NCBI GenBank assembly: GCA_965237525.1
Contig: CBDEFO010000008.1
Span: 1,504,001-1,568,000, forward strand
Length of the DNA: 64,000 bases
Source of the DNA: Candidatus Latescibacterota bacterium
GTDB taxonomy: Bacteria; Latescibacterota; CBDEFO01
Direction of reading: 5' to 3'
Below the pieces are notes generated by a model. It did no database searches, had not been told where the DNA came from, and saw only the letters and a list, made by a program, of their open reading frames with translations. Below are positions 63,323-64,000 of this stretch, piece after piece. The first letter of the stretch is position 1. The number at the start of each line of letters is the position of its first letter. The position numbers were made by a program, and so were the translations under genes.

Positions 63323-63514
63323 CCGAACTTGGATTTGGGTATATGATCAAGCGGATTTTGCAAGATTTTTGGAATAAGTTGCGATTGTTACGTTATCAAG
63401 AAGATCGGGAGAACGGTAGTAGAGGAAGCATAATAGAGATTAGGACATCGATAACGGCTTTATCTACTTGTTGTGTATCTTGTCTAACTTTGCTGATAAA
63501 ATAGATCTTAGCTG

Positions 63515-63743
63515 TGATTCGGAAAGGCAAAACACTTTGGTCTCAGTTTTGTCAGGAACGCTGTGCCCTCACGTGTGTATTTGTAGGGGCAGGGCAACCC
63601 TGCTCTTGGGGCGAGTGGTCTCCGATTGAATCTAACGGGGATGGCCCCTACATTTAATTTCAGGTTGTAAGGGCAAGAAGGTCGTCCCAAGAAGGTACTC
63701 CAACGTGTGACAAATTCTTGAGAAGAGCAACCTTTCCGAATCA
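63515..63743. mobile_element. MITE-like element containing a GTAG REP
   Basis: 13-bp IR TGATTCGGAAAGG / CCTTTCCGAATCA; internal GTAGGGGC...GCCCCTAC. Confidence 0.5.
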
Positions 63744-63866
63744 GAACTGAACAACTGTCTCGCGCTCTCATTGCATTTGATATTCAACCACTAACTTCTA
63801 ATTCCTTTGTTCTGTAGGCAATATGTCAATCCATTCACTATTAATCATTTCAGAGGGAGGTGTAGT

Positions 63867-64000
63867 ATGACTCCAAAAGAGGTTCTGGACCTTTGTAAGG
63901 AAAAGGACATCAAGTTCGTCGATCTAAAGTTTACGGATCTTCCGGGACTTATGCAGCATTATACTATTCCTGTGCAGGAACTCACGGAAGATATATTCAA
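63867..64000 (+). CDS. glnA: Type I glutamine synthetase, 5' part
   Basis: GGGAGG RBS; MTPKEVLDLCKEKDIKFVDLKFTDLPGLMQHYTIP. Confidence 0.9.
   Translation, partial: MTPKEVLDLCKEKDIKFVDLKFTDLPGLMQHYTIPVQELTEDIF

Overview
This is a bacterial chromosomal window of roughly 48-50% GC by eye. It is probably from a diderm, FCB-group-like candidate lineage, a weak inference from the FlgD-Ig/sorting-type C-terminal domain and the outer-membrane barrels. Core content: an expanded SUF Fe-S locus (sufR-like, sufC, sufB, sufD, rhodanese, SufU-like, Rieske ferredoxin, sufT, sufS, sufU, A-type carrier, ferredoxin), 2-oxoacid:ferredoxin oxidoreductase alpha/beta with a glutaredoxin-like gene, a DinG helicase, a GAF/HD-GYP phosphodiesterase, glnK-amtB-porin, parA-parB, an MttB-family/Ldh_2/msrP run and the start of glnA. 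Accessory content: an IS481-family element, IS256 and IS3 remnants, duplicated DUF5069 genes, a two-component island with a barrel-YfiR-sensor kinase module, and many decaying genes. The most striking observations are: (1) a 4 x 243-bp membrane-protein concatemer whose coding linkers match the 5'UTR/RBS of a single-unit paralogue 28 kb away; (2) an intact DEDDh exonuclease nested inside a catalytically dead DEDD domain in DinG; (3) a Met/His-rich barrel carrying the LSLEEL N-terminal motif typical of YfiR-linked TonB receptors; (4) one palindromic operator placed identically in two distant promoters; (5) candidate structured RNAs, including a probable 6S RNA. No CRISPR array, rRNA or tRNA was recognised. 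All family calls come from motif recognition by eye; no database search was run.
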